DNA from: Takakia lepidozioides
Taxonomy: Eukaryota > Plantae > Bryophyta
DNA: 64,000 bases
Direction of reading: 5' to 3'
Assembly (NCBI GenBank): GCA_030704615.1
Contig: CM060733.1
Coordinates: 37,324,001 to 37,388,000, forward strand
In this document: positions 1-12,804 of the stretch, in pieces
Layout of the letters: each line of letters opens with the position of its first letter
Numbering within the stretch: position 1 is the stretch's first letter
Notes under the pieces: generated by a model
What the model was told of the DNA's origin: nothing
Seen by the model: the letters and a program-made list of their open reading frames with translations, nothing else
Databases searched by the model: none
Translations under genes and position numbers: made by a program

Positions 1-293
1 CGATAGGTTCTGCAGCCTGCTTAGAGTACTTCAATTATATCCGATGGTAGGCAGGTTATATTTCAGTTATAACAAAGACCTGACTTGAAATATCACCGTA
101 GGTTATGATTTGTTTATGAATTGGCAAATAACCTAACCACACATATTATTCAAAATTTCATAACCGTAACCTACAAATAATCTTCATTCAAATGTACATA
201 TTTCACCTAGAACCGGAGGTTATTACTGTGTGAGTCAACTTGTATAACCTGAACCTCATGAGCTTTGAAAAAAATGATAACCGACCAACATTG
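1..293. mobile_element. Right end of a hAT-like non-autonomous element (cut by window start)
   Basis: Ends in CCGACCAACATTG (281-293); its reverse complement CAATGTTGGTCGG matches the TIR of the hAT MITE at 19206. Repeated ATAACC/GGTTAT subterminal motifs. Confidence 0.5.
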
Positions 294-1613
294 GAAATGC
301 CTAACCACCTCCAAACCACACCAAATTGCAGTATGGTTGCTGGCGATGAGATAAATACTAAGGGGCGAGCAGTTGAAGTTGGGAGGGGTAGGTAGTTTAA
401 TCCAACTTCAGTATTTCAGTATTCAGTACTTCAGTATTTCAGGACCAATAGCACTTTCTGTGCATGTGTTGCAGTCTTGAAAGTTTTGCATGCTGGAAGT
501 GGATGCTTGTAGTTTTTATTTTATTTACTGGAACCTATCTTTATGCTTGGTTTTTCTTCCACTTTTCAGTGCCGTATGATGCATGTGGGGCTCAAACATC
601 ATACCCGGCTCAAACATCATACCCGTATACATACCACCCCCGTAAGTGAATTCAATTTCAGACCTAACTCCTATCTGGAATCTAGGTATGTCCCACATGG
701 CAATACTAATACCAGCCACCACATAACCCTACCCACGCCCACTGTGGATCTACACTGGGCCCTACTAGCTTGGCCTTAGAGGTCCATTAGGCATCTAGGA
801 CCAGTACAGCATTGGTCTAATTTTCCATACCCAAACAAGCTCAATTACAAATACATTTGCAATTTTTAAAAAGAAATACAGAAAGGGGAGGTAGCCCTTG
901 AGAACTTTACTGATAATTATTGAAGGGAAAAAAGTTAAAACCCTTGATGCCCGAAGGCGGCCATGAGGCACAGGCAATTTACATGATAAATGTAATTAGA
1001 TCAATACCTACAATAAATTTAATATTCTTTGAAAAGATAACCACGTTTGAAATTACCGGAGGAAAACTAATTATAAAAACCCTCGTAGTGCATGAGACAA
1101 AAAATCCATATATATATATATATATCAAGAAACACTTGGATTTTGGATGAATAATCCGAAATAATCATGGCAATTTTGGACAATTTTGGCAATTTTCTAT
1201 ACAGGAAAAGAGAAATCCCCGCCGACAGAAGTTCGGTATTCTCTCGGAGACTACTCCGAAGACTACTTCTTTACGTCAAAAAAAAAAGTAGTCTTGGAAG
1301 TAGTCTTCTTCAGAAGTAGTCTTTTTACAATACTCTTTCTTTTTGGTTGGACCGTGAGTTTGATCCTATTGTACTTTTCCCACTGAAGTGACACTTTTGA
1401 TATTCTAACTTCTTTTCCAATAAAGTGAAGAACAAGATATGGATGAAAAAGTGATCATAGACCATGGGAAATGATGAAAATCTTTAAAACAAAATGATAA
1501 TTTGATGAGTTGTCTTAAAAATAATTATGATCTTGCCATAATTAAAGGAAGATGAAGCATAAAGTAGTTTATAAAAGAAGAACAATTACCACAGTTAAAA
1601 AATGGCATGATCA

Positions 1614-2243
1614 CCACAAGTCGGTAGCTCAATTGGATAGAGGTTGGGACGTGCTCAAGTGAGCACAAGCACATATTCCGAATATTCCTAAGATGCCTTC
1701 AGAATATTCGACAGCAAAATGAAAATTGAGAAACTAAAACATTTGCGAGACTATTTTTAACTGCTCACATAGGCCCTCACAACAACACTTAAGAAACCAG
1801 TAAACCCTATACATGATAAACATATTACCCTATAGGCGCGAGATTTCCTTGCGCTATGCTCACCAATTGCGAAATTGAAAGATAGATCAGATAGTTTATC
1901 GTTTTGGTGCAACTGTACCCTATAAATGCACCATGCCTCAAACATGTAACTCCTATGACCGCGGTTTAAAAACATACAACTCCCATGACCGTGGGTTGTG
2001 CTCACTTTAGCATAGCATACCAGCCCCCAATTGGATAGAGCACTAAGTGCCGCCCAAGTGATTATGGTAATTAGTCAAATTAGTCCTGCTACTTATCAGG
2101 TGTGGTATGATCTTGGGCGGTGTCCCTTGTGCTCACCTCATGGCGAGGTTACTTTGAAAGAGGTTATTTTCTCCTCTTACTATAATTATGGGGTCTGATT
2201 TACAAGCAGTTGTGCACCCGAGTTTCCCTGTATAAAAAATTAA
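1614..2243 (+). mobile_element. tRNA-derived SINE, interrupted by a MITE
   Basis: A-box TAGCTCAATTGG at 1625; body after 2028 resembles the SINE at 18478; A-rich tail; 17-bp TSD AAAAAATGGCATGATCA at 1597-1613 and 2244-2260. Confidence 0.8.
1640..2027. mobile_element. Mutator-type MITE nested in the SINE head
   Basis: Imperfect TIRs (GAGGTTGG..GTGCTCAAGTGAGCACAA versus revcomp GGGGCTGG..ATGCTAAAGTGAGCACAA); 9-10 bp TSD CAATTGGATA at 1630-1639 and 2028-2037. Confidence 0.7.
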
Positions 2244-3362
2244 AAAAAATGGCATGATCATAGAATTTTCTTCTTTGATCTTTAATTGAGGGGCATAAAC
2301 CTTGGGGAGTACTCAAGTCTACAGTTCTTTGCAAAAGCTCTGAGAAAAGGATAGCAAAATTTCTCTTACAAGAATTTGACTCATTTGTGGGGCCAATGCG
2401 GACCTTCAAACTTGCGAGACTTGCATTCCCCAATGCCGGAGGCTTGCCTAATTTGTGGCTCTCACTCTTGGAACCGTTGGGAAATTCAAAACTTGAAGAT
2501 GAAGGTTTTTTCTGTGTTTTTTCTTTTGGAAAATGGGACTGAATGCCCAGAAACTTTACAAAACAAGGAAAAAATAACCTTGTGAATCAACACGTACAAT
2601 GGATGCACCCTCCCACATTTCTCAAACTAACTTTAGTAACCAGCAAACGAAAAGCAAAAATGAAAGTAGACAGCAAAGGAAAACCTTTTATTTTATTTAA
2701 ATAAAAAATAAAATAAAAAACTAAGGACTAGAAGGCATGAGAAGAAGAGAAATGCTGCCGCCCCTCTTACTTTTAAATGATCTCCCAAAGGACAAGTGCG
2801 CTTTAGACTTTCCTTTCCTAAAACTACGACGGTGTCTTCCTACTTCTCCCCATCCCCGGACGAGCACCTAGTACTAAGAGAACTCCGAGTCCGGAGGGAG
2901 GGTGTCATTCCCGGTAATACGTGAGTTATGTGAATGTCTGGTGCAGATGATATTGCCGTTCCCCCGGCACCGCAAAATGTAGCGAGAAGCTGCACTCTCG
3001 TGTTGCACAAGGTTAATTTGATCAACGGGGACTCGAGGCTCCGGCCCTTGTTTTTTTTTTCACAAAACCTGAGGGACTCCCGCCCGGCCAAGTTTCTTCA
3101 ATTGCTTAAGGGAAATTAAAAAAAAGAAAAACGAAAAACAGAAATAGAAAGATAAAAGAGGGGTCATCGGATCATCCATCTGCAAGGCAAGCTGCTACTT
3201 TCATTCATCCGAAGTCCTCCGGCACGTGTGAATAAGGGAACAGGAAGGGGAACGGAAACGTGTAGGAGAGCAAGCGGCAGGCCTCAAGGAAGGAGAGAAG
3301 GCGAGAGACAAGGCAGGCGAAGAGAGCAGGGATGCTGCCCCGTGCGGTCACGACGGTGTGGA

Positions 3363-6300
3363 ATGAGGGGCTCCTCTTCATCCACCCTCAACACTCCCCC
3401 CTCACTGCCTGATCGATCTCTTGCCCAAGAGTTGGAGGGGGGTTCATCGGAGCCTGGAGGATCTCGGAAGGGATCAGCAATTGAGGAGGGAGGAGGCGAG
3501 ATAGCAGGTGGTGAGGAGGGGGAAACGGGAAAGGGTGAGCAATCAGCGTCTCTATGGTCGTCGCTGCTGTTGGGGACGCTTGCAATTTTTGAGGGAAGAG
3601 TGGATCCGGAGGGCGGAGACAAGGAGAGAGGGTCGGGGTTGCGACGGGGAGGGAAGGGGCGGTGGGGGTTGGCAGTGAGCAGGGTGGTGCGAAGCGGCCC
3701 TATGCGGCGCCTGCAGGAGCGATTACTGGGGCACAAGTGGACCACTGCAGCCGCTACACCGGGGAGCGCGATGTGGGTGCTTGGAGTCTGCTATAAGATT
3801 CCGTCGGACGTGAGCGATGAGTCCGTTGCAGCCCACATTCTTATGGAATTTCAGAGTGACTTCAGTTCCAGGCTTTGGCTCACTTACCGGCGAGGTTGGC
3901 CTTTCCTCTTTGGAGATGGATCAGTAATGGTTATTTGATCGTAGCTTTGCCGATGCGTTGAGAAATTGTGATGAACAATGGACGCCTTCAATGAAGTACA
4001 GTTCATGCGAACCTCTAAAATTGGGTTCCTGGATTTTTTGTATGCTTGTCCTTGAGGATTGTCCTTTGGGAAAACATTCTGTATGGAGTGGGGTGTGTGG
4101 AAACCAAGCATGCAGCTTGAAATTTGCTCCTCAAATTCTGGGGCTTTGAATTGTAAGTATTCAATTTTGAGATGCGATTTCTGCAACTGTAAAACTGCAC
4201 TTGGTGTATGTTGAAACATTTACAGTGAAGAGAACACATGCTTTTCTCCCACTCGTCCTCTTGCTGCTGTCGGAAATGCCCTGTGCCATCAGATGTTTCC
4301 GCTCGTCATGGGTGTCCGATGACAAGCGTCCCTGATATAATCTTCTGGTGATGGTATCACGTCTTGGATCTGAGGGTTTTGTTTGCATGCACAGTTCATT
4401 TCGGCGAAAGTAGATGAAATAATCCATCTTCGGAGAACTAGAATGATATCAACACTGTCCTAGGGTCATAGTTCAAAGCTTGTCCATATTCCTCTTTATG
4501 AGGCAAGGTTTGTGCAATTAATGCATACTGTGAGAGGTCAGCGCCACAAGGTCTGCTAAGGATATTCAAGGCAGTAGACTGAAAGCTGCAAGCTACAAAG
4601 CAATGGGTTGAAACAGAAAGAGACAGACATAGGTATCTGGAGTGCTGGGCTAGACTTAAGTAATAGTGCTTCAACTCGGTTTATCAGGTGGGTGACTTAC
4701 ACAGGGTCAGTCAGTAGTGCAACCAGGGCTGCTTGTGCCTGATATTGATTGGGCCCAATTACAGAAGGCAATGCCTCCAACCTTGGCTGCCTCAACAAGG
4801 AGTGTGGCCTCCAAGACACAAGTACCAAGAAGTGTCAGCTTTGCCAGATCATTGGTTTTACAATTTGAACCCAATACCACCCACAAGCAGAATATTTTTG
4901 AAAGATGGTGTTGGAAATGAACAGGTTGGACACTGATGGCGATTTTACAGGCAATACGAAGATAGTGTGGACAGTCCTAGCCATGAGATCAATTTTTTTG
5001 TAGATAAGCTGTACTTGATTTCTCTGCATATTTTCAGACTGACTCATTGGTTTGAATAATTAAACGTTTGGTCCAGTTGCTTTGATGGCTGTACCCGCCA
5101 GCAAAACATATTCGTGGTTGGTTATCGGAAATCAGCAGTATGATGTCTTCTGGGTTGACATATCTGATTGGTCCAAAATTTCTAATGCCATCTTAAGCAT
5201 GCTTGTTGTCATAGCCCAAGCTACGTAACGTCACCATAACCTTTGATGGGTAATTTGATTGTCGCAGGCTTTGACTCATTGGGTCAATCAAAGTTGACGA
5301 GTGATGTGGGATGGGGGTGCATGCTCCGGAGCGGCCAGATGCTTTTAGCTCAGGTGACGCCCTCTTTCCCTTTTCATCTTGTATTTTTGTTCGTTAGGGT
5401 GCTTTTGCTGGAAAGTCGATGAGAATCTCATCACTAGTATTGTGAATGGAGGAGTGCGGCTGCTATCTTGTTCAAGTTACATCCCAATTGTTATGGCAGC
5501 GCTTTATTTTCTGCCAGTCGTCCTCCCTCTCCATGTCAGGAAGACGAAAGCATTGCTGGGCGTCAACTATTAGATGCTGGAGTATATAGGTGTTTGTGTG
5601 AGGGAGAAACACTATGCACCAGGCATGTTAGCCAAATCTTGAAAATGACCCATGCTGGGTTTGGACAGAGCAGAATGGGAACCACTACTCATCACTGAAG
5701 GTTTACTTCAGTGGTGGGAACTGCTCGAGCAAAGATGTTCGTTCCCTCTAGCAAGTTCTTTCCTATAGTATCGATTGATGAGGACACAGACAGACAGACA
5801 GACAGAATGTACTCATGAGACATTTTCCTTAGCCTCGTCGCCATAGACCCTGCACCCAGTTTGGGTGGAACAAGAGGGAACAGACTGTCTTTGTGAGGGG
5901 CTCACTCCAGTAGTGGGACTTACATTGCTATAAACAATTGGTTTGGGCTTTGTAGATTTCCTCTAGAAAAGCCTTCACACAAGCTTCAATCTGCTTTACG
6001 TGAGCTGCCCAGCAATTAGATCCCAACAGGGCCAGGACTTTAGGCTCAGCCTCAAGATCTCGAAAGTTGGTGAACAGAGGGCAAGGACTATGTTGACTAG
6101 ATGGTCCTGAAGAGGGTCGCTCTCTGATGAGAATACCCCGGACATTGTAACAGAGTATGGATATTCTCTTCAGGCTACCTGCACATTGGGCATTGACAAT
6201 TTCTCTTTCCTCTCTGCATAGGTAGACTCCCCTCCTGAGACAGAAAGACAGAGCAGTAATGAGGAACAGAATGTACTCATAAGACGTTGTTTGCTGTAGC

Positions 6301-9300
6301 CTTGAGGAGTAGTATTGAGGAACAGAGAAAGAATAGAAGAGGACTAGTTTTGGTTTGAACTTCATTTCAAATCTCGGTCTCATGCCCGGAGTCTTTTAGG
6401 TGGCTTATTTCTTCAGCCACTTGTTCACTTCAGCTTCTTCACTTCTGAGCAATATTTCCTCAGCCTTAGCCCCAGTCTCCTCCATTGACTTCTCGAAGAG
6501 AGGCTTGAGATATTCAATGAATCACGATTACATCCTCTTTTGTCAGAACTCAGAACAGGTGGTCTTACTTCCAAGGGAGAAGAGCAACAATGTTGAGTAC
6601 CTTGTCTTATCCATTAGAGCCTTTGGTACGATCATCCTGCATAAAATTCATCTCTTCTTCAGATCAAGATGGGCACTGAATTGCAACTTATGCACAGGAA
6701 AGCTGTTAATGAGCTGTGATCTATCATGGGCACCAAGTACTATTGCTTTGAGGCTATCCCTATGCTTGGAATTACCCTCCTAAAATCAGATCCATATTTT
6801 TAAGCTTGGTTTAGAGGCCTGGAGCAACGCAGATCTTTTCACTGGCAAGTTTATCCCTCTGACGTTAAGCACATCTATCATCTTTGTTCTTCCCATTTTT
6901 GCCCTATCTGTACCCTTTGAAGTGAGCCTTCAGGCTGCCATGCGAGGAGAAACCAAGTCTTATTATAGGTGTGACTGGGTTTCTTCCTATCTGCTTATGA
7001 CCACTGTCCACTTTGCCTCTTTGCAGCTCCTGTAGACTTTCTGCATTATCTCCAAGGGCTTCAAAAATCATCTGCAATCACCATGGTCAGGATGGGAGGG
7101 CAGAGAGATAGAGAGGAGGGTTGATACCCTTCTGCGATTCTCACTGGTGGAGCCCAACGGGGGCCCAATAAGCTCTTGCCAGATCACAGCTTAAATCGTG
7201 TCTTTGTAAGCAATAAATTTGGTTGGATGTGGCAGGCACTTATTTGCCATCATTTGGGAAGGTCTTGGCGGCGAGAAAGCGACCAGGTGAGGCTCTTCAT
7301 ATGCAGCCCTAATTTCAATGGTCAATCTGCAGCAAAATGTAACACTGGATGTATTTTGGATAGGGCAAGAAGTCAGATTTCACTTTATTGAGTCTGTGTG
7401 CCAAAACCTTATGGAAGTTTTTGTGATGCAGCCATGCTCGCAGGAGTACCTCCAAATTGTGCAAAGCTTTGGGGACTCGCCAGCTGACTCATGCCCCTTT
7501 TCAATCCATAATCTATTGGAGGTGGGAAGCCCCTATGGCTTGGCTGCAGGGGCATGGCTGGGGCCTTATGCACTTTGTAGAACAATTGAAGCCCTTGCTG
7601 AGGCAGACAGGGAGGGAAGAGAGAAGGCGGTTGGTTGCCAGGTTCTGCCCATGGCAGTGTATGTTGTTTCTGGGGATGCCGATGGCGAGAGAGGGGGAGC
7701 CCCAGTTCTTTGTGTGGAGGATGTTACCCAGTTGTGCTCCAAGTGGGGAGAGCCTCCTGGAGAGTGGGCCCCCCTTTTGGTGCTTGTGCCTCTTGTCCTT
7801 GGCCTAGACAAGGTCAACCCTCGGTCAGTTACATTCATCTTTCTATTTTGAGTTATTTTCTTGCACTCAACAAATATTTGATGTGTGATTCCTTTCCGAA
7901 GTCTATCCAAGACTAGTATTTCTGCATACGACAGTGGAAGTAGTAAAACTGTTGTTGCTAGTTGTCATGACATGAAATTTTTCAGTTGCAATTACTGACC
8001 CTTCACTGTTACCTTTCCAATGCAGTCAGTGTGTCTTCTGTTACATTATATGTCCAAACATTCAGACAGAAATTATCATACCAAATCAATATTTTGGTGA
8101 ATGTCTTTTTGAGGGCGATTTAGACAGCCCAGCCGAGATGGAAATCCCACTACTGGGGTCTATTTTCTTTTCCTTACATAGATGCTCTATTGAAGGCCAT
8201 TTGGAAATATCTGAGATAGGGATGCTTGGCCACATGGTATGGATGATCTTCTTTGGTGTTTGAATTGTTGGTTCCTTTAAGCAGTTGATGATGATCAGAC
8301 GGGTGAGGACAGGTATTTGCCTTCTTTGAAAGCGACTTTCAGCTTCCCACAGAGCCTCGGCATCCTAGGTGGCAAGCCAGGCGCTTCAACCTATCTTGTC
8401 GGCGTCCAAGATGACCAGGCCCTGTATTTGGATCCCCATGAAGTTCAGCAGGTATAAGCTGCTCTCTCCCCCCCCCCCCCCCCTCTCTTCCTCTCTCTCT
8501 CTCTCTCTCTTTACATATATACAAGTTATATGGATTGGTGAGAGACAATCATCAAGTCTATACTGCAATCCACGCTCAAGATGAAGCTGTGCTCGTTGTT
8601 TCTATTCATGTCTATTTTGTCCCTGCTTCTTTTCTTCCTTTTTGCTTTTTCTTGTCTGTGTTTTCCTTTTCATTCTCTAACCTTTGGTAGATCTTCTCAG
8701 TACTATAATTGTAACTATGGAGATATCTACTTCTAAGGAATGTTTATGAATTATACTGCTGGGGTCTAATTGAGCAGCTCACACACAGCAGATTGATTCT
8801 TTTGTAAAGCGCTTTCTAGAGGAAGTCTGGAAAGCCCAAACTAATTGCTTATGTCAAGGTAAGTCCCACTACTATGGTAGTGTCTGTTCCCTCTTGGTCC
8901 ACCCAAAGTGGGTGCCGGTCTATGGCCATAAGGCAACGGCAAACAATGTCTTATGAGTACATTCTTTACATATGTATGACTGCTGGGTGCTAGCCCTTTT
9001 TGTCCCATCCCTTCACCCTGTCTCTTCCCCCTTTCTGCTAACTGCAAACAGTGGAGGGTCTAATAAGCTTATGATTCTTTCTGTGGCGACTTTTCTGTTT
9101 TTCCACCTCTAATCCACTTGTTCCCCTGTACTACTCAATGAACAGTGTCTCATGCGTTTGGGGTGCTGCTGGATTGAAGTTTGATCCTTGTGAAGGACAA
9201 ACTGTAGGCTGTGCATAATATCCTGTCTGTCTTCCTGTGCCTCCCTGTTTCTATAGCAAAAATTGATTGCAGGTCATTATGTGGCACCTGCCAGCTGCCG

Positions 9301-10996
9301 ATGCCAGTCTAGCATCAAACTCCAACAATAATACTTGGAACCATGGTATGCTCCAGATGCAGCTCTAGTGTGATGGTTTGTGTGAGGTTGCTAAGCTTGG
9401 TTGTGATGGACAGGTTGTGCGCGTATTGCCTGACTACCCAGAGGTGGATACCAGCTCTTATCACTGCAGGTAAGCTGCAAATTGGCTGAACCCCATGGCT
9501 TAAGAGTATTGTGCTATTTTATGAGGTGTAAAGGTATGTCAGAAGCTAGTGTTAAGAGTTGTGGGAGCACTGGCAGCAGTTCAAGGCTCTCTTATGCACC
9601 TTCAGGGTTAATACTGGACATTCTCTACACCTCACAGGCAGTCCCAGGGAGGTCTACTCAGTATAACATGAGTATCGGGGTAATCCTTCATCCCTAGGGC
9701 AGCTTACAAGCTTAACATGGTGTGGTCCTGAACCATGCAACACAATGTGACAAAGCTAGTGCTGTTTGAGCATATATTTCAAGATGAGTCTGGAGTACCA
9801 GCACATGTTTTCGTTTCCTAGAGGTTATGAAGCAAAAAGTATCACAGAAGACTGACCGGGTGGGACTCCGGAAGGATGCAGTGTGGTGCGGCGTATGCCA
9901 CTGGACGCCATGGACCCCTCACTTGCCCTTGGCTTCTACTGCTGCAAGCGCGGTACGTATGTTTGCTAACTTTAGGGATGATTGGAGATCTCACTGGAAG
10001 GCTTTGCTATGACTCAATTTGAAATTGTAAACGTTGGGGTGTGTTTTTGTACAAGTCTACGGTTTGTAGTGTTATTTACTCCAAAGGTTCTGCTGCCACA
10101 GCATTTCTTTGCCTAAAGGCTACCATTCCAACCAGTGAAAATACAACCTGAAAGTGAGATAAGTTAAATAGAAGCCTTGAACTGCTGCCAGTGCTACCAC
10201 AACTCTTAAGACTAGCTTCTGACAGGCCTTTATACCTCATAGAAAAGCACAATACTCTTAAACCATGCGTTCAGCCAATTTGGTGATCAGAAGAGGTGGA
10301 TATCAGCTCTTGCAAATTGGCAAGAGTATCCACCTCTTGTAATCTGGAAGAGCTGGTATCTACCTCTGGGTAGCCAGGCAATACGCGCACAACCTGTGCA
10401 TCACAACTAAGCTTAGCAACCTCACGCAAACCATCACACTAGAGCTGCATCTGGAGTACCAAGGTTCCAAGTATTATTGTTGGAGTTTGACGATAGACTG
10501 GCAGCGGCAGCTGGCAGGTGCCATAGAAGGTTTTTGCCAGTGTGATAGGTTAGAAGTTTTTCTTTTTCGTTAACTTAAAGAATTTCTTGTCACAAGATGG
10601 AAGTCCCAACCTCAAAAGGTTTCCAATGAGCTCATCCATACAGCTGTAGGAGTATTAGGTGCCCAACAATTTGAGTTCTTCCCCACATAGGGGTCTCCTT
10701 GGTGGACTCTGACCTTTTACTAGCTCAAAGAGCAATTGTTTGTTTCACAAATGCTATGCTATAAACTTGGCTGAACATCAATTCCTGTGTGGTGATCAGA
10801 AGACTTTGAGGACCTGTGTACCCGGTCGTCCGAACTGGCGGAGCAGTCCAATGGTGCCCCTATGTTCACTGTCGCCCAGACATCCACTCGTCTGAAGCAA
10901 GCGGACAGCCTCGGGCATGGCAGCAAGCTAGCCCTGAATGTCCAGGAATCTCCCACCAGGGACCCTTCATCAGAAGAGGATTGGCAAATTCTTTGA
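3363..10996 (+). CDS. ATG4: Cysteine protease ATG4 (autophagy, peptidase C54). Exons 3363-3894, 5268-5353, 7236-7286, 7432-7823, 8313-8451, 9414-9469, 9882-9952, 10800-10996
   Basis: Spliced translation gives DFSSRLWLTYRRGF, catalytic SDVGWGCMLRSGQM, FPQSLGILGGKPG, YLDPH, MDPSLALGFYC and a C-terminal AIM/LIR-like EEDWQIL*. All introns GT-AG and phase-compatible. Confidence 0.95.
5786..6090 (-). mobile_element. Degenerate LINE 3' end in ATG4 intron 2
   Basis: Translation LEAEPKVLALLGSNCWAAHVKQIEACVKAFLEEIYKAQTNCL aligns with ORF 57397-57987; ends in TCTCATGAGTACATTC plus (TCTG)n tail. Confidence 0.75.
6240..6950 (-). mobile_element. Second, more decayed LINE fragment in ATG4 intron 2
   Basis: Same family terminus AACAACGTCTTATGAGTACATTC (revcomp of ~6268-6290); upstream GMRPRFEMKFK resembles GTRLKFK of the 57.9-kb copy. 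Confidence 0.5.
8900..8968 (+). mobile_element. Short LINE 3'-terminal fragment in ATG4 intron 5
   Basis: GGTCTATGGCCATAAGGCAACGGCAAACAATGTCTTATGAGTACATTC matches the 3' end of the LINE at 57397. Confidence 0.65.
9282..10523. repeat. Long intragenic inverted repeat in ATG4: arms ~9282-9617 and ~10132-10523, loop contains exon 7
   Basis: 10348-10523 is the reverse complement of 9282-9459, and 10173-10282 is the reverse complement of 9478-9588, with scattered mismatches. Confidence 0.93.
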
Positions 10997-12804
10997 TAAA
11001 TGAGTAGAGTTGCAAAGGGTGCTATTTGCTAAGACTATCTTTGTAATGCAGCATAATTTGAGTAGGCTATTGATGGGTTCGTACCAGCAGCCTTCTGAAT
11101 CAAGGGATCAATGTCGCTTGCCTTGCGGCCTTAAGTTTGCTTATGGCAACCTTCTAGTATCAACACAGAGCCACCATTCATTGGAGGCCAGTCGACTGCT
11201 TCGTTGTCATCAGGTCACCAACTGATGCAGAGGGGTGTTGTGTAAGGATGTATAGCATTCATTGCTAGCTACCCAGAAATTTAGATCAGCTCATTTCTTC
11301 TGGTGCCTCATTTTGAAGGGTGCCCATTGTACAGACCATGGCAGACTCCATTTTTTCCTCTCCCCTCTCTCACCCTTGATATGTTTCAAGCCTTTGGGGG
11401 CTTGTAAGGATACCGAATTGAAATTGCATCATACCTTGCAATTTGGGGATGGCTAACCCCTAGATGGGAGGTTGTAATGTATGCCATGATGGACTGGACT
11501 TAGGTGACACTACATTTTCTTTCAAAGGTGGAAGCAATTCTTTTTGCAAGTGTTAGTGTATGCTGTAAAGTAGCCTATTATACAGATTGGACTCCTGCTG
11601 CACCACGATGCTGGAACTTGTTGGAAGAAATGCACTTGTGACTTCATACATTCTCCTTTGTTTGTTTGCACTGTCTTTGAGCATGTGTCGCTATCCATAG
11701 CTCCATGGGGATGGTGCCCTCACAATTTCAATTAGTTGCAACATTGACAAGAAATGGTTTATTGAGGTCTGGTGATTTCCCAAACTGTAAATCACATCAC
11801 ACCACTGGAGTGATCCAGAGTGTGGCTGTAATTTTGAAGCTTCCAATGGCTTTTTTAACAAGTTGGAAGGGGGCCCTTGGAGATGTATTTGAGGTGCATT
11901 GGGATTCTATCAATCTGTAGAGGTTGTTGTTCATGGGCTTAAACTGACAGACCTTAAAGCTGGGTTGCTTTGAAGGAAGTTTTGATGTTGGAAGGCCATG
12001 CTTAAGCATAACCTCCCTTCGAATTACAGCTCTGATGATAGGGTCCCAGTCGGGTCAAAGGACCATGATTTAAGGGGTTGGTAGATGCTGTGTCACTGTT
12101 CCTTGCAAATACACGCTTGAGACACACAGACAGAAGGGGCGTGGGTGGGTACCAGGATGAGTGTCGTTGTTGCTTGCTGTCTTGAGATAATAAAGTCTTT
12201 TGTAGTAGCGATACCTCCGGAGTGGGGCATGGGTGATCTGTAGAACAAACAGAGACCCATAGCATCTTCCAAGACGATAAAAAGAGTCGAATAGAACTTG
12301 AGATGGAAGAGGCCGTTCATGTTATAGATCCTTCGTGTTTCAAGGAGAGTGGGTCATGTTCTGAGTCAAACCTTGGGACTTGTGCCGACTGTTCACGTCT
12401 TAAAAACCTGCATTGAGTTGGAGATATGGAGTCCATCACTTTACTACGGTCAGTATCTCTGACCTGTGCTTCCACTCCATAATCTCTGCCAGTTCCCACC
12501 ACTCTTTCCTCTACGTCTTCTTTGCCCCCTGCAACTAACATGTCTTCAATTTTGTAAATCCATGAGCCTCTCCTTTCTCCAGCACCACAAGAGCATCGCC
12601 CTCCTTTCAGACTTGCAGTGAGCTTGATTTGTTCCAATCCCAGCTCGCTGCCCCATCCCCTTCTCGCTGTGTTCATCAAAGGATCTTATTCTGTTTTTGT
12701 CTCCCATTCGTGCCTGCCCCACCACCTCTCATCAAGGTTCCGTTTTTTTCTGATCGTTCGTTGAGGACCTTCGGACTCGAAGATTCGTGAACGTGACAGA
12801 TCAA

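Noticed and set aside
405-626. Short tandem repeats (TTCAGTA units; 18-bp GGCTCAAACATCATACCC x2)
   Set aside because: Ordinary slippage duplications with no sign of function.
2870-3100. Structured ncRNA upstream of ATG4
   Set aside because: GC-rich island, but I could not identify snRNA, snoRNA or other ncRNA motifs; probably promoter DNA.
3228-3362. ATG4 N-terminal extension given by the ORF track
   Set aside because: It starts at GTG; the first in-frame ATG is 3363, so this is probably 5' UTR.
11100-12679. Minus-strand gene divergent from ISS1 (ORF 12317-12679; peptide PDWDPIIRAVIRREVMLKHGLP near 12050)
   Set aside because: No recognisable family, stops in all frames and no consistent exon chain; a decayed gene cannot be excluded without BLASTx.
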